From Saprolegnia diclina VS20 (Eukaryota), in assembly GCF_000281045.1 (NCBI RefSeq), contig NW_008246145.1:81760-145759 (forward strand): DNA of 64,000 bases. The letters run 5' to 3'. Within the stretch, counting starts at the first letter, position 1, and every line of letters starts with the position of its first letter. Position numbers and translations under genes: made by a program. The notes below the pieces were generated by a model. It made no database searches and was not told where the DNA came from. It was given only the letters and a program-made list of their open reading frames with translations. This document shows, piece after piece, positions 1-10,223 of the stretch.

Positions 1-234
1 CACTGGCGTCGACGCGTGGGTGTACGACGGACTCTCGCTCACGCACGTCACGCGCGTCGCGTCGATAATATCGGCTTTTCCCTTGCGGGACACCGCCTCG
101 GCATCCGTCGACCGACCAAAGCAGCAGCGCAGCGTCGCCCACGCAAACCCGGCGCAGAAAAGGACCGCGACCAGCACAAGAAACCATAGCGGGTACGCCA
201 CTCCGCTCGCCGTCATCGATGTGTCCGTTGCCAT
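1..234 (-). CDS. 5' part of a single-pass membrane protein running off the left edge
   Basis: ATG at 234 on the minus strand opens a stop-free frame to position 1: MATDTSMTASGVAYPLWFLVLVAVLFCAGFAWATLRCCFGRS..., with a hydrophobic TM segment followed by CC. It is absent from the ORF track because there is no stop in the window. Confidence 0.5.
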   Translation of the reverse strand, partial: MATDTSMTASGVAYPLWFLVLVAVLFCAGFAWATLRCCFGRSTDAEAVSRKGKADIIDATRVTCVSESPSYTHASTPV

Positions 235-1279
235 CTTCGTGTCGCGCCAAATGGAAAATGCTCCAACAGGATCTCGTGTCGGCTTTGTGGCCGATTCTTT
301 GCATTCGATTGTGCCTGCGACAACCCACAACAAACAGCAAACAACTCATGCGTCTTCACAAACCATCGAAATATTGACGGCTGGCGACCACAAACGCAAG
401 TTCCTCGTTGTCTCTGTGGACATTGGAGAAACAGTCGGCGCGTCACGTGACGACCCGACACGATACCGCGCTTTTGTATTCTCACGTAAAAGCTTCGTCG
501 GCAACCATTTGCGCTACATTTTTCGGTTGAAAAAAGAAAAAAGCAAGAGAAATGACGATCCCATCGCTGCCGACCGAGATGCGGGCGAGAGATGCTGCCT
601 CGTTTGAGCCACCGGTTGTCGTTGTCGCTACCGTCCATCTCAACGTCCTCTTGAATGCCACCATTGTGCTGGGCTTGGCCATCGCTGTCGCGTTCGTCGT
701 TCATCGCGTCCAGTGCTGTCTCCGCGTCCTTGTACATCGACGCAGACTCGCTGTCGCACCGACAACGTTATCATCCACAACCCACAAGTGGTCGTTTTGA
801 CTGCAAAATTTCGAAATGCAGCCGCTTTGTACATGCGTCGTGGAGCTGATAACAAGAAGTCAACTCATGAAAGTCGTGGCGCCTGACGTCGGTACAGTGA
901 AAAAGGGTTTTCGACCTCAATCAGGTGATTTCACGTTGCTAGAAGCGGAATGCCGAATATTTCCACCGTCGTCACCTTGATAACAGAGCGAGCGGAATAT
1001 GATTCAATAGTGAAGGCGATACAATTGTACAACAGAGACGGAGACTCCCTTCGCGCATAGCTGGTCCACCCTGGTCCTTCTTTCGAATGCTACTGCGCTT
1101 GCATGTACCAAGGGTCAATAATCAGCTGATTATTGACCCTTGCATGTACTAACTTATACTGCACTGCGTAGTAGCTTTTTCAAACTTGCAATATCGTCGG
1201 TCGTTGGGTTTCAACCTGTCGGTTTTGCAAAATCTCGGTTACAACCTGTGCACAAAAATTACAAAAAAGTACAACGCGC

Positions 1280-4200
1280 ATGGGATCGCCGGTGCAGCCG
1301 ACGGAAGTGCCCACCGCCGCTGCACCGAGTCGCACAGGGGCTGTAGGCGCCGTTATCTGGCTCTTGTTTGGCGCAAGTGGCAGCCTCTACTACGTCGCCT
1401 TGTTGCAGCCGACGCTGGCCAACGATTTGTGGTGGTCACACTTCAACGCGTCGGGCTACCAAACGCTGCTTGTCGACGTGGTCAACCAGCTGCTTTTGTC
1501 GCCACACCTCGGGCGCGTGCAGTTGGCCGCCGCATCGATCCTCGAGACGCGCTACGATCGCCGAATTGCGACACCGGTCTCGCACCCTACGTACACAATG
1601 GCGCTCGTGACGACGCGCCTCGACGCGATCGAGTATGGTATCTTGCAGCTGCGCAACACTTCGTGGTGGACGCTCGCGTGGCTGCCGACCCAATACTGCT
1701 ACGTCGACTTTGAGAGGCGGTGGGCCATGGCCCACACGGCGCGCCGCCAAATGCGCTGCGATACACAGTTTGCAAGCAATGGGGCCGTGTACCTTGAAGC
1801 GGTCTTGCGCAATACGAATGCAGTCGCGTTCACCGCGTTTTACGCCGGTAAATTCGATGTCGGCATCACAGAGTACCTCGCCACGTCCGAGGCGGGCGCG
1901 TCGTGGATCGCGACAACGACAACGACAAGTGCATCCAGTCAAGCGCCGCTCGCCACGGAAGCGAGCTACTGGCGCTCCCATAATCTCACGTCGTTCGCCT
2001 TGCAGTGGCAGAATTTTGTGCTCCCGGGTATTGACGAGACCATGACGCTAACCACCGCGCTCGGCCTCGACCATGTCATTGCGCTCAAAGCCTACGCGCG
2101 CCGCGACGGGCCGTGGAGTAGCGCGATCTACAATGGCTTCTTCGTCACCGACCTCGGGTGGGGCGCGGCGGCGTGCAACCGCAGCTTGATCCGAAGGTCG
2201 CCCACCTTTTTTCTAACTGCGCCGTGCCCTCGACTGGGGTCCCCACCGTTGGAAGGCATCGTGGGGGTGCCGATGGCCAACGGCGAGTTTACCGACCAAG
2301 CACATTTGATGCGAAACGCGCTTGGACCATTCCTCTCCGTGGACCTCTACGTTGTCCCTGTACCGCTCGAGCTCCACGCGCTAAGCGAGGCATTTCGAGT
2401 CGCGCTGGTCGCGACGATTGCGAGTGCAAGTTGGGTCCATGCGCTGGACCTCAGCGCCGGTTTCTTCCTCGAGGTCGACCTCGCGCCCTTGGCGTGGCGA
2501 GCTGCGGATCGCGTCTACTACGGCGGCAACCCGACGTGTCTTTGGAACAACCCAAAGCCGTTTGTGCAACCGCCCTTGACACATATGGACGACTGCAGTG
2601 TGCAGCGACCTTGGTCCGCGGCGCTGTCGCCCGAGCTCGTGCTCTTTGGACTGAGTGCAATGGACAAAGTAGACACACGTACCATCGACGACATTTGCGC
2701 GCACCAGACGGCTCAACCGGTCTGCATCAGCGTCCTTACGGCGGCGGCACCCCTGGCTATGCGCTCGATCGTGCATGACGCACTGCCATCGATCGTGATG
2801 CCGCTCAACGTCTCGGTGTTGCAGCTCGCTTCGGACGCAAGCGCAAGCAACTGGACCCTGTTGCACCAGCGATTGGCGTCCTGGGAATTCTTTGGACCGC
2901 TTTTGCTCTTGCAGTGGGCCCAAGGCCTCCGAGAGGTCGTCGCCTTTGCCGGCGACAACGGAACTCTGGTGCTTCTCTCGGACATTCCGTTGCCCAGCGC
3001 ACTCCATGCCAACACGTCGGCGTTGAGCGCGGCGAGTCGCGTACTGCTGCTCCTGATAGTCTACTCGGCGGCGGTGCTTGGCGCCATCGCGCTTCTTTTG
3101 ATTGTCCATATTCTCCATGTTCGAGGGCGATGCTCAAGCCAAAATCTTCTCTTCTTTCATCGCGTGGCGGGCTCCACGTGGCTCGGCCGGCCGCTCATGT
3201 TTCTTCGGGGATCGGTCGCGCTCGTGCTTCTCGCTACGGCGCCGATTGGCGTTCATCGTGACGCCGTGCGCGTCACGACGTCCTTAGTGTTGCCCGCGCG
3301 GTCCATCGTCGACATTGCGATCCTCTCGAGCGAGGCCAACTGGGTGGCGTATGTGTGTTACGAGCTGTTGCTGCCGCTACACGCTCGCCCATCGCGCGTA
3401 CCTGCCGTCATGAGCTCCATGGTCCTGTGGTGTCTTTGCTTTGGCTGGACACTAGCATCCCCCGTGGCCGTTGAAGCCACGCTAATGCGGGAGTGCAGTG
3501 CCATCAACATGTATCAGGAGGTGCTTTGTACCAGTGCTACCGTCGTTCTTGGCTCCACACTGCGCGTGCTCGGGCTCTTTGGCGCTCAACTCATTGGAGT
3601 CGTTGCCGCCGTCCTCTGTTCTGGCCGATGGTCAATGCCATCGCTGGCCGCGTACGAGCCGCCGGTCATGATCTCGGGGGCGGGACAGGCGTTCTTAGCG
3701 CCGGCGCCCCCCGATGTTGTTGCAGGCGTCCTCTGCGGCCTTGTGCCTCTACGTCGCAACACAGTGTTTGACATCAAACTCTGGACGATCTCGTCAGCGT
3801 CGTCAGCGTCGTCCACCGACGCGACGGACGACCGACTGCGATCGCGCGCGCCGTCCGCGACCCTTGTGCCCGTGCAAGCGTCGTCGTGGAAGGTGAACCT
3901 GCTGCTCAAGTTGCTCGGCGTCGCCGCCATTGCGCTCGACCTCTGCGGCAGTGTCTCGTACCTAGCGCTGACAAAAGAGAGCATGCCCAACGACCTTCTC
4001 TGGCCGCGCTTCAACATCTCGGGCACGCATGCGTTTCTGGCCCAATGGTTTGTCGACGAAGGCGCACTCGGCACCTCCGAGCACGCGTTGGACAATATTG
4101 TCATCAATGCGCGTGGCGACTTTTCGACACCGATCGCTTCGCTTCCAGTGCTTCCGCAAGGCGGCGCGCGGGCGCAATATACAACCCTAACCTCGCTCTC

Positions 4201-6484
4201 GGATGCCATTGCGGGCCTCCGACTTGTGGACGGCTGTGATGGTCCGTACGTCTTTACGCAGTACTGCTACCTCGACTTGGATCAAAAATGGGAAATGGCC
4301 AACTCGATCAAGCGCCAAGAACGATGCAAGTCGATGGTCAACAATGGCGCGGTCTTTCTCGCTTCTCTGCTTCGGAACGTCGATGTCACAGCGTGCTGGG
4401 CCGAGTCGTTTGAGATTGGGTTTGGCTCCGAGCTACGGCAGTCGTTAGCCGGTCAAGCTCTGTTAGCTTCTTTTACGCCTCCGTACCTCTCGATCGACGA
4501 CGAAGTGTCTTATTGGACGCAAAAAGATATCAAGTCGTATACACTGCAGTGGCAAAACTACAAGTCGATCGGTCTCGTCAACACGTACAATATTGTCAAT
4601 GCCTACGGCGCCTCGTATCCGTTCACGCTGCAGTCGACCGCGGGGTACTACCGCTTGGCGAGCCAGACGTCGTTCCTCATGTACTGGGGCCTCGCCAACG
4701 ACCTCGGGTACCTCCTCCCCAATATGTCCATCATCGGAAGCTACAGTCTCTTGCGGTCGAGCCACCGATTTGCCTTTCGAAACCACTCGCTTTCAGATGT
4801 GTATATGACGACCGGGCTTCTTGACCCGACAATGCCAGGCATAGAGCACGCGTTGACAAGCTCGATTGGTCCGTATGGGACAGTTGACATGTACTTCGAG
4901 CCGGTGCCGGAGCTCGTCCGGCGTGGGGCCCACGCCGCGTACAATGTACTGCGCACCTTGCGCGTACTAGCACCCGCTAGCTACGACGACGTCAACAACC
5001 CCCCGTACGAGGTGTCGCCAGTCCCACTGGCGTGGCTGGACATGAATTTTCGCGCCGTGGGCGGCTCGGTGCTCTGCCCTCCGTCGCTCGGTTATGCGGC
5101 GCCAATTTCCATGCATATGTACGAGGCCTTTACGTTCGAAGCACCGTGCTCCACACTGTTGGCCTCGACGTCGTTTGCTCCGACGGCGGACCAGCACCTC
5201 TTTGCCTACATGTTTACCGCAAGGACGACGACCAACGATCTACCGTCGCTCTGTGCTCAAGCAGGAACGCAAGAGTGGTCGTGCAACGCGACTGTGTCCC
5301 GCGTAGCAGAGTTTCTCGCGCCTTTTGCGAACCTTGTGGAGAATCTCACGAGCCTCTACCGCGACGATATGGTCACGGCCATGTCCCGTCTCGGTGTTGA
5401 GCTCTTTCAGTTTGGCAAGGCGTCGTACCAAGCCCCAATCTCGACCTACTATTTTCCAATCTTGGACCCGCCGTTCGACTACTTTGGGTGGCTCTGGATC
5501 GACGACTGGGTCCGAGGCCAGCGCGACGTCGTCACGTTTCTCGGGGATGCCGGGCGTCGCACCATGATCGGGGGGCTGCTGCAAGCGTCGTCCCAGCCCG
5601 TCGATCCCGCCGAATTGCCAACGGTCTTTGCGTTGTACGCGCGCCGCGGTGTGCAGTACGTGACGCTTATCATGCTCTCGTTGGCGAGTATTGTCTTGTT
5701 GTACACAATGGTATTGCGCGGCGCCATGGAGGGCCGGAACCTCTTCAAGCTCAGCCGCGTCGGTGGCTTTGTCTGGGTCGGACGGCCCCTCATTGGCCTG
5801 CGGAGCGTCACGGCCCTCTGCCTTCTCTCGCGCGGCACCGTCGCTTTGACCCGCGACGGGCATTTCACAGCATTTGCGCCAGTCCACGTTCCTTGGTATG
5901 CGACGGTCCTTGCTGCGAACGAAGTCACGTGGCTGTTGAGCCTCGTCAACGATCTCGATCTGCTCTTCACCCGTGGCACCAGCGCCACGTACGCGACGAT
6001 CGAGATGCTCGTGGTGTGGAGCTGCACCGCGTGCTTGACGGTCTATGCCCCGATCCGCCCGACGATTGCCGTCCACCCGATCTGTACGCCGGTCGAGCTC
6101 GACTTTCAAGTGAGCTGCGTCGCTGGCACCGTGCACGCGGGCTCGTGGACCCGTCTTCTAGTCTTGGTCGGCCTCGTCGTGGGGCTGCATGGCGTTGGTG
6201 GTACGCTCTGGCGAAGACGGTGGCCACCACCAGTGCAATATCGCAGTCGGTCCCGCTTGCTCGCCGGCGGCGCGAAATGGCTCTTTCACCACGGGCCGTG
6301 GCAGGTCGACCGCGTGTACTACTTGGACCGTGCGTCGGCGGCGCTCAATGGGCTCCTTAGCGCTCGCGCCGGCAACGTCTTTTTTGTGCTGGACGTCAAA
6401 ACGTGGCGACTCTTGCAGCTGGGTCCTTGTGCCCGCGAGGATGATGGCGGGTTCGCCAAGGCACTGCCGCTCGTCGACGACTGA
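1280..6484 (+). CDS. Intronless 1734-aa multi-pass membrane protein with two tandem copies of a Cys-containing ectodomain plus TM-bundle module (Saprolegniales-type family of unknown function)
   Basis: A long ORF with paired motifs in both halves: NDLWW/NDLLW, TQYCYxD..W.MA...RQ.RC, NGAV.L...LRN, LQWQN, W..G.R.VV.F.GD.G, RV.G..W.GRPL..LR and FDIKLW/LDVKTW. Multiple hydrophobic segments. Confidence 0.9.
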   Translation: MGSPVQPTEVPTAAAPSRTGAVGAVIWLLFGASGSLYYVALLQPTLANDLWWSHFNASGYQTLLVDVVNQLLLSPHLGRVQLAAASILETRYDRRIATPVSHPTYTMALVTTRLDAIEYGILQLRNTSWWTLAWLPTQYCYVDFERRWAMAHTARRQMRCDTQFASNGAVYLEAVLRNTNAVAFTAFYAGKFDVGITEYLATSEAGASWIATTTTTSASSQAPLATEASYWRSHNLTSFALQWQNFVLPGIDETMTLTTALGLDHVIALKAYARRDGPWSSAIYNGFFVTDLGWGAAACNRSLIRRSPTFFLTAPCPRLGSPPLEGIVGVPMANGEFTDQAHLMRNALGPFLSVDLYVVPVPLELHALSEAFRVALVATIASASWVHALDLSAGFFLEVDLAPLAWRAADRVYYGGNPTCLWNNPKPFVQPPLTHMDDCSVQRPWSAALSPELVLFGLSAMDKVDTRTIDDICAHQTAQPVCISVLTAAAPLAMRSIVHDALPSIVMPLNVSVLQLASDASASNWTLLHQRLASWEFFGPLLLLQWAQGLREVVAFAGDNGTLVLLSDIPLPSALHANTSALSAASRVLLLLIVYSAAVLGAIALLLIVHILHVRGRCSSQNLLFFHRVAGSTWLGRPLMFLRGSVALVLLATAPIGVHRDAVRVTTSLVLPARSIVDIAILSSEANWVAYVCYELLLPLHARPSRVPAVMSSMVLWCLCFGWTLASPVAVEATLMRECSAINMYQEVLCTSATVVLGSTLRVLGLFGAQLIGVVAAVLCSGRWSMPSLAAYEPPVMISGAGQAFLAPAPPDVVAGVLCGLVPLRRNTVFDIKLWTISSASSASSTDATDDRLRSRAPSATLVPVQASSWKVNLLLKLLGVAAIALDLCGSVSYLALTKESMPNDLLWPRFNISGTHAFLAQWFVDEGALGTSEHALDNIVINARGDFSTPIASLPVLPQGGARAQYTTLTSLSDAIAGLRLVDGCDGPYVFTQYCYLDLDQKWEMANSIKRQERCKSMVNNGAVFLASLLRNVDVTACWAESFEIGFGSELRQSLAGQALLASFTPPYLSIDDEVSYWTQKDIKSYTLQWQNYKSIGLVNTYNIVNAYGASYPFTLQSTAGYYRLASQTSFLMYWGLANDLGYLLPNMSIIGSYSLLRSSHRFAFRNHSLSDVYMTTGLLDPTMPGIEHALTSSIGPYGTVDMYFEPVPELVRRGAHAAYNVLRTLRVLAPASYDDVNNPPYEVSPVPLAWLDMNFRAVGGSVLCPPSLGYAAPISMHMYEAFTFEAPCSTLLASTSFAPTADQHLFAYMFTARTTTNDLPSLCAQAGTQEWSCNATVSRVAEFLAPFANLVENLTSLYRDDMVTAMSRLGVELFQFGKASYQAPISTYYFPILDPPFDYFGWLWIDDWVRGQRDVVTFLGDAGRRTMIGGLLQASSQPVDPAELPTVFALYARRGVQYVTLIMLSLASIVLLYTMVLRGAMEGRNLFKLSRVGGFVWVGRPLIGLRSVTALCLLSRGTVALTRDGHFTAFAPVHVPWYATVLAANEVTWLLSLVNDLDLLFTRGTSATYATIEMLVVWSCTACLTVYAPIRPTIAVHPICTPVELDFQVSCVAGTVHAGSWTRLLVLVGLVVGLHGVGGTLWRRRWPPPVQYRSRSRLLAGGAKWLFHHGPWQVDRVYYLDRASAALNGLLSARAGNVFFVLDVKTWRLLQLGPCAREDDGGFAKALPLVDD

Positions 6485-6585
6485 GTTTGGGTCCTAAACA
6501 CAGCGCATATGCACCAAAACGTCAAGCGACCACCAACGTTAACGAAGGAGAGACTAGTGTGCCACGTTCCATACATGGGTGTGCG

Positions 6586-9500
6586 TCAAGAAGGCTGCGA
6601 GGCTGCCACGTCAGGAACGAATTTTAGCCAATGAGAAGCAAGGAAGTTCAACGTGAGCGTTAATTTCCAATCAAAATGCGACGAATTCGACCACATTGCT
6701 GCTACGTCAACAAGAGTAGTGGAGAGCTCGAGGTCTCTTATCGGGGTGCTATCCGACTGGAGCGTTTGGCGGAACTTTCGGGGGCGTGGAGACTTGGGCC
6801 GCTGGGCGCAGTGGGGCGCAGAACGGTTTGCTTCCGCGGCCGGCGCCACTAGACAGAGTAGAGTACTAGAGTGCACAGATTGTCGTCGTGATCGCGTACA
6901 GCATTGACGCTCACGACCTTGTGGACAGCGTTTTTAAACACTTTTTGAAATTCCCGCAGCACGCGCGTCGGGTGCGCAGCCACAAGCGGTGGAATCAGCG
7001 ACGCTTCGCAGTGGCTACGATCCGGACACACATGGTATAATTCCACATACACAATGTACTATACGCTTTCCATTCCGCGGCCTGAAATTCCGCGTCGAGA
7101 CGACAGCCGCTAAAGAGAATGTCCTGAAGCGCTTCGAGTATGCGCGGTGTCTTGTTGACGGCGCGTTGAAACTCTAAGATTTAGTGCAATATTGTTTGAC
7201 AAATAATAAAATAAGAAAAAATAAGAAAAAGAAACAAGAAAATAGTGTACCTTCGACAGTAATGTCGCCATCGCCGTTCTCATCAAGGGCGCGCATGATC
7301 TCATTGACGTTGTTTTCGAGTTCGAGCCCCTTGACCTCTGAAATTGCCCAGTTACTGGACAGATGGCGTGTACTTTATCGCACCGTGCAGCTGCAGCCCG
7401 CGTTTTCGTGAGACTAGTGTCTTGTGAATTTCTTGCTTGGTAACCGTGCCACCGCCATCCAGATCCAGCACCTAGATACGAGGTTAGAAAGCATCGAAAA
7501 TGTACAGATCGGCAATTTACCCAGTGCACCATGCGTGCCCGTGCATCGGGCGTGCCTTGCATGAGCGTCGAGAGTCCTCTACACCATTATTCATCATCAT
7601 GTTTCCATTGTCGTAATCGATATTTACTGAATGAATTCGTCAAAATCCACAAATTGGTCCTTGTTGGCGTCGAATGCTAGAAAGAGACGCATCGCAAGTG
7701 CGTGGTCCACGGGGTGGGAGCGTGCGAGGCGAAAGAAATACGAAATGATCGCGGTAAAGCCGTAGACATCAATCGAGTTGGGCGCTTTCGCATCCGAACG
7801 CGGCGCTACACTCGTCGGTCAACTGAATAGGTTGTGAGAAAGTACGCACCACTCGCTTGCAAGCCCGAGCTCCACAACTTGCGCAGCGTACGAAGCCTAC
7901 GTGGCACTGCATAATGCTAAACGTAATGGCTGTTCGCAGACCCGAGTTTGAGCTTGACGTTCTTTGGGTGTACGGCGAGGCGAAGGGGAAGGGCGCCGGC
8001 AAAACAGTGAAAGAACATTGGTATTCGACTGCACGCAATGCAAAATTCCTAGTGAAAACCCACCATTTCCATTTGAAATATTGTCATATTGTACAAAATC
8101 GACAGTCGACGCACCTGGAATTCCATGTGCCCGTCGTGGTTGCGGTCGACGACCCCAAGCAGCTGTTGGCTAAATAGAATTTGGTCCCAGAGGTCTTCTT
8201 TGTCCGACTGTAGCGTCTGAAACACTTCGTCCACTTCGATGGACCCTAATCGTCGTACGAGGGTAGACCATATGTTTATTATGAAAACGTACGTACCACC
8301 GCCGTCGCGGTCGTAAATGGAGAAGACCCACTTCATTTTTTCAAGGTCCGTGCCGTGCACGAGCAGGTGGCAGAGCTGTGCAAAGTCGCTTAGCGTCACG
8401 GACCGTTCTTGGCTCTTGCCGTGGTGCTGACACGCCGCGGGGTAGCACTTGGCGGCCCACTCTTGGCTGTCAAAGCCCAGCGTCAAGCACAGCATCTAGT
8501 AGAAATTGTTCGCATGTCCCATAAGCTGGTGAAAACACAAAATGACCTTGGCAAATTCATCTTTCGAGAGCACGGCTTGGCCCGAGATCTTCTTCAGTAC
8601 CATCGTGGGCGCCCCGGGGTGCAACGACGCCGCCACTTGGGCGTACGTCTGTAAAATGGCCTTTGGCACAACGTCCGCCGATGCTTTTTGGTTGTCGAGA
8701 TCTAGAGAGCCATGCAGGCAAGGTCTAGGAGGCAAAGGGCTACCCCGCTCGGCGTTTGCCGATGCAGTCCGGCGCTTGACGGCGATCGAGAGCCTACAAC
8801 GACTTGTTTTTTGTACACCGACCATAGATAGGACTCACTTGCGGAGCTGGCGCGCTTGCTGGGCGACGCGGACCATCGTGTAGAGTGACGTGCCCGGGGT
8901 GTCTTCTTCGACCACATTCGTGTCGGGTGTCGCACTCGGTGGTGGCAGCGACGTTCGCGACGGCAGCTGGAGCTCCTCGACCTTGGCGACGCTGAAGCGA
9001 AGGCGGTGCACCGACTCCCTTCGACCGCGCATAATTTGGAGCGACATGTCTTGGTCGCTGGTCCGCGACGAGAGATTTTGCAGCGACTGGTGCAATACCT
9101 CCTATTCACATCTGCGTCCTCCTCCTCCAAATATACTAGAGATGCAAGTACCTGCGCCATGTCGTGCTGGGACGACTTTTCCTTGAGCTCGTGGATTTGT
9201 CGTTGCGTGCGGGCAGACGTGAGCTCCCGCGACAGCAGCGCCCGTGACGACGGTACTCGCGCTCCCCCGGTGGTCAGCAACTTGTCGGGTCGAAACGGTT
9301 TGGACAGGGACCCCAGTTGGCGCAGCTGAATGTGAAAGAGCGACTCCTTGCGCTCCTTGAGGTACGGCGTGGGCGACAGTAGCGCGGTGGCAACCAACGG
9401 CACGCTCGGTGCATCGACCACCAGCGTTCCAGACGGACGACTTGTGTTTGGACGAGCCGGCGACGTCGTTTGGGGTCGTGGCGTCGCGGCTGGATCAATG

Positions 9501-9673
9501 GCGTCGAGCTGCGCTTGAAGATCGGCCTTGCCGTTGTGCCCCGTGGTTATTTGCCTCGTGGTGGCCACGGTGCGCAGCGCCTGTAGCAGCGCTCGCGTCG
9601 TACAAGCAATCTCATCGTCGTCACTGTCGTCGACAGCCGGCGACGACTCGAGCGTCGCCATCTCGACCGCCAT
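6586..9673 (-). CDS. Multi-exon EF-hand calcium-binding protein (at least 5 EF loops) with a long low-complexity N-terminus; 3' end uncertain
   Basis: EF loops read on the minus strand: YDRDGGG(S/T)IEVDE (about 8230-8320, split by an intron), VDRNHDGHMEFQ (about 8115-8150), FDANKDQFVDFDEF (about 7633-7675), LDLDGGGTVTKQEI (about 7427-7470) and LDENGDGDITVEE (about 7251-7288). GT-AG introns lie between them. ATG at 9673. Confidence 0.75.
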
Positions 9674-9903
9674 GTTTAGAAAAGACACGTTGAAACTGGC
9701 GCGGGAACTTGACTTGACAGCAAAGGCTTGCGGCGGAGGAGAAAGGAGGTTACCAGATTAGAATAATTCACTTGACCGCAATACGCCGACTCCTCTTTAT
9801 TTGTCTAAGACGCTCTTCTCAAGCTAGTTTTGGACTCTTATTACCGGTGTGGATGAACAATTCTATTGAACCCACCATCAAAAACGACTCTCTTCCATGC
9901 TTC

Positions 9904-9967
9904 GATTCATAAAACTTGCGATTCACACGATTTGTGATTCACAAAACTTGTGATTCAAAAAATTTGG
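9904..9967. repeat. 4 x 16-bp imperfect tandem repeat (GATTCA...) in the divergent promoter between the EF-hand and GPR107-like genes
   Basis: GATTCA starts at 9904, 9920, 9936 and 9952. Units are gattcataaaacttgc, gattcacacgatttgt, gattcacaaaacttgt and gattcaaaaaatttgg. Confidence 0.85.
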
Positions 9968-10223
9968 GAATGGCTGACGAAAAGATGCGAATGCACGGTT
10001 GCCGCGAAGCACGAGTCGAATCATCAAGGGAGCCACGCGAGAAAAGGTGGCAGCTTCGCGAGACAAGGTGTCGTCCCGTAGGCTATACGCACGCCATTGT
10101 ACGGCGATATGGCCCATGTCCACGGTTGGTTTGCAGGGAAAAGTGGTGTGCCTGTAGCCTGGCAGAGAAGTAAGTTCGTATCCGGATCCGGTCATTTTCG
10201 CTTAAGCAACATTTGCACGCGTC

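Noticed and set aside
20..855. Overlapping ORFs 20-607 (+) and 213-737 (-)
   Set aside because: No motifs; 20-607 is largely the antisense shadow of the minus-strand TM gene.
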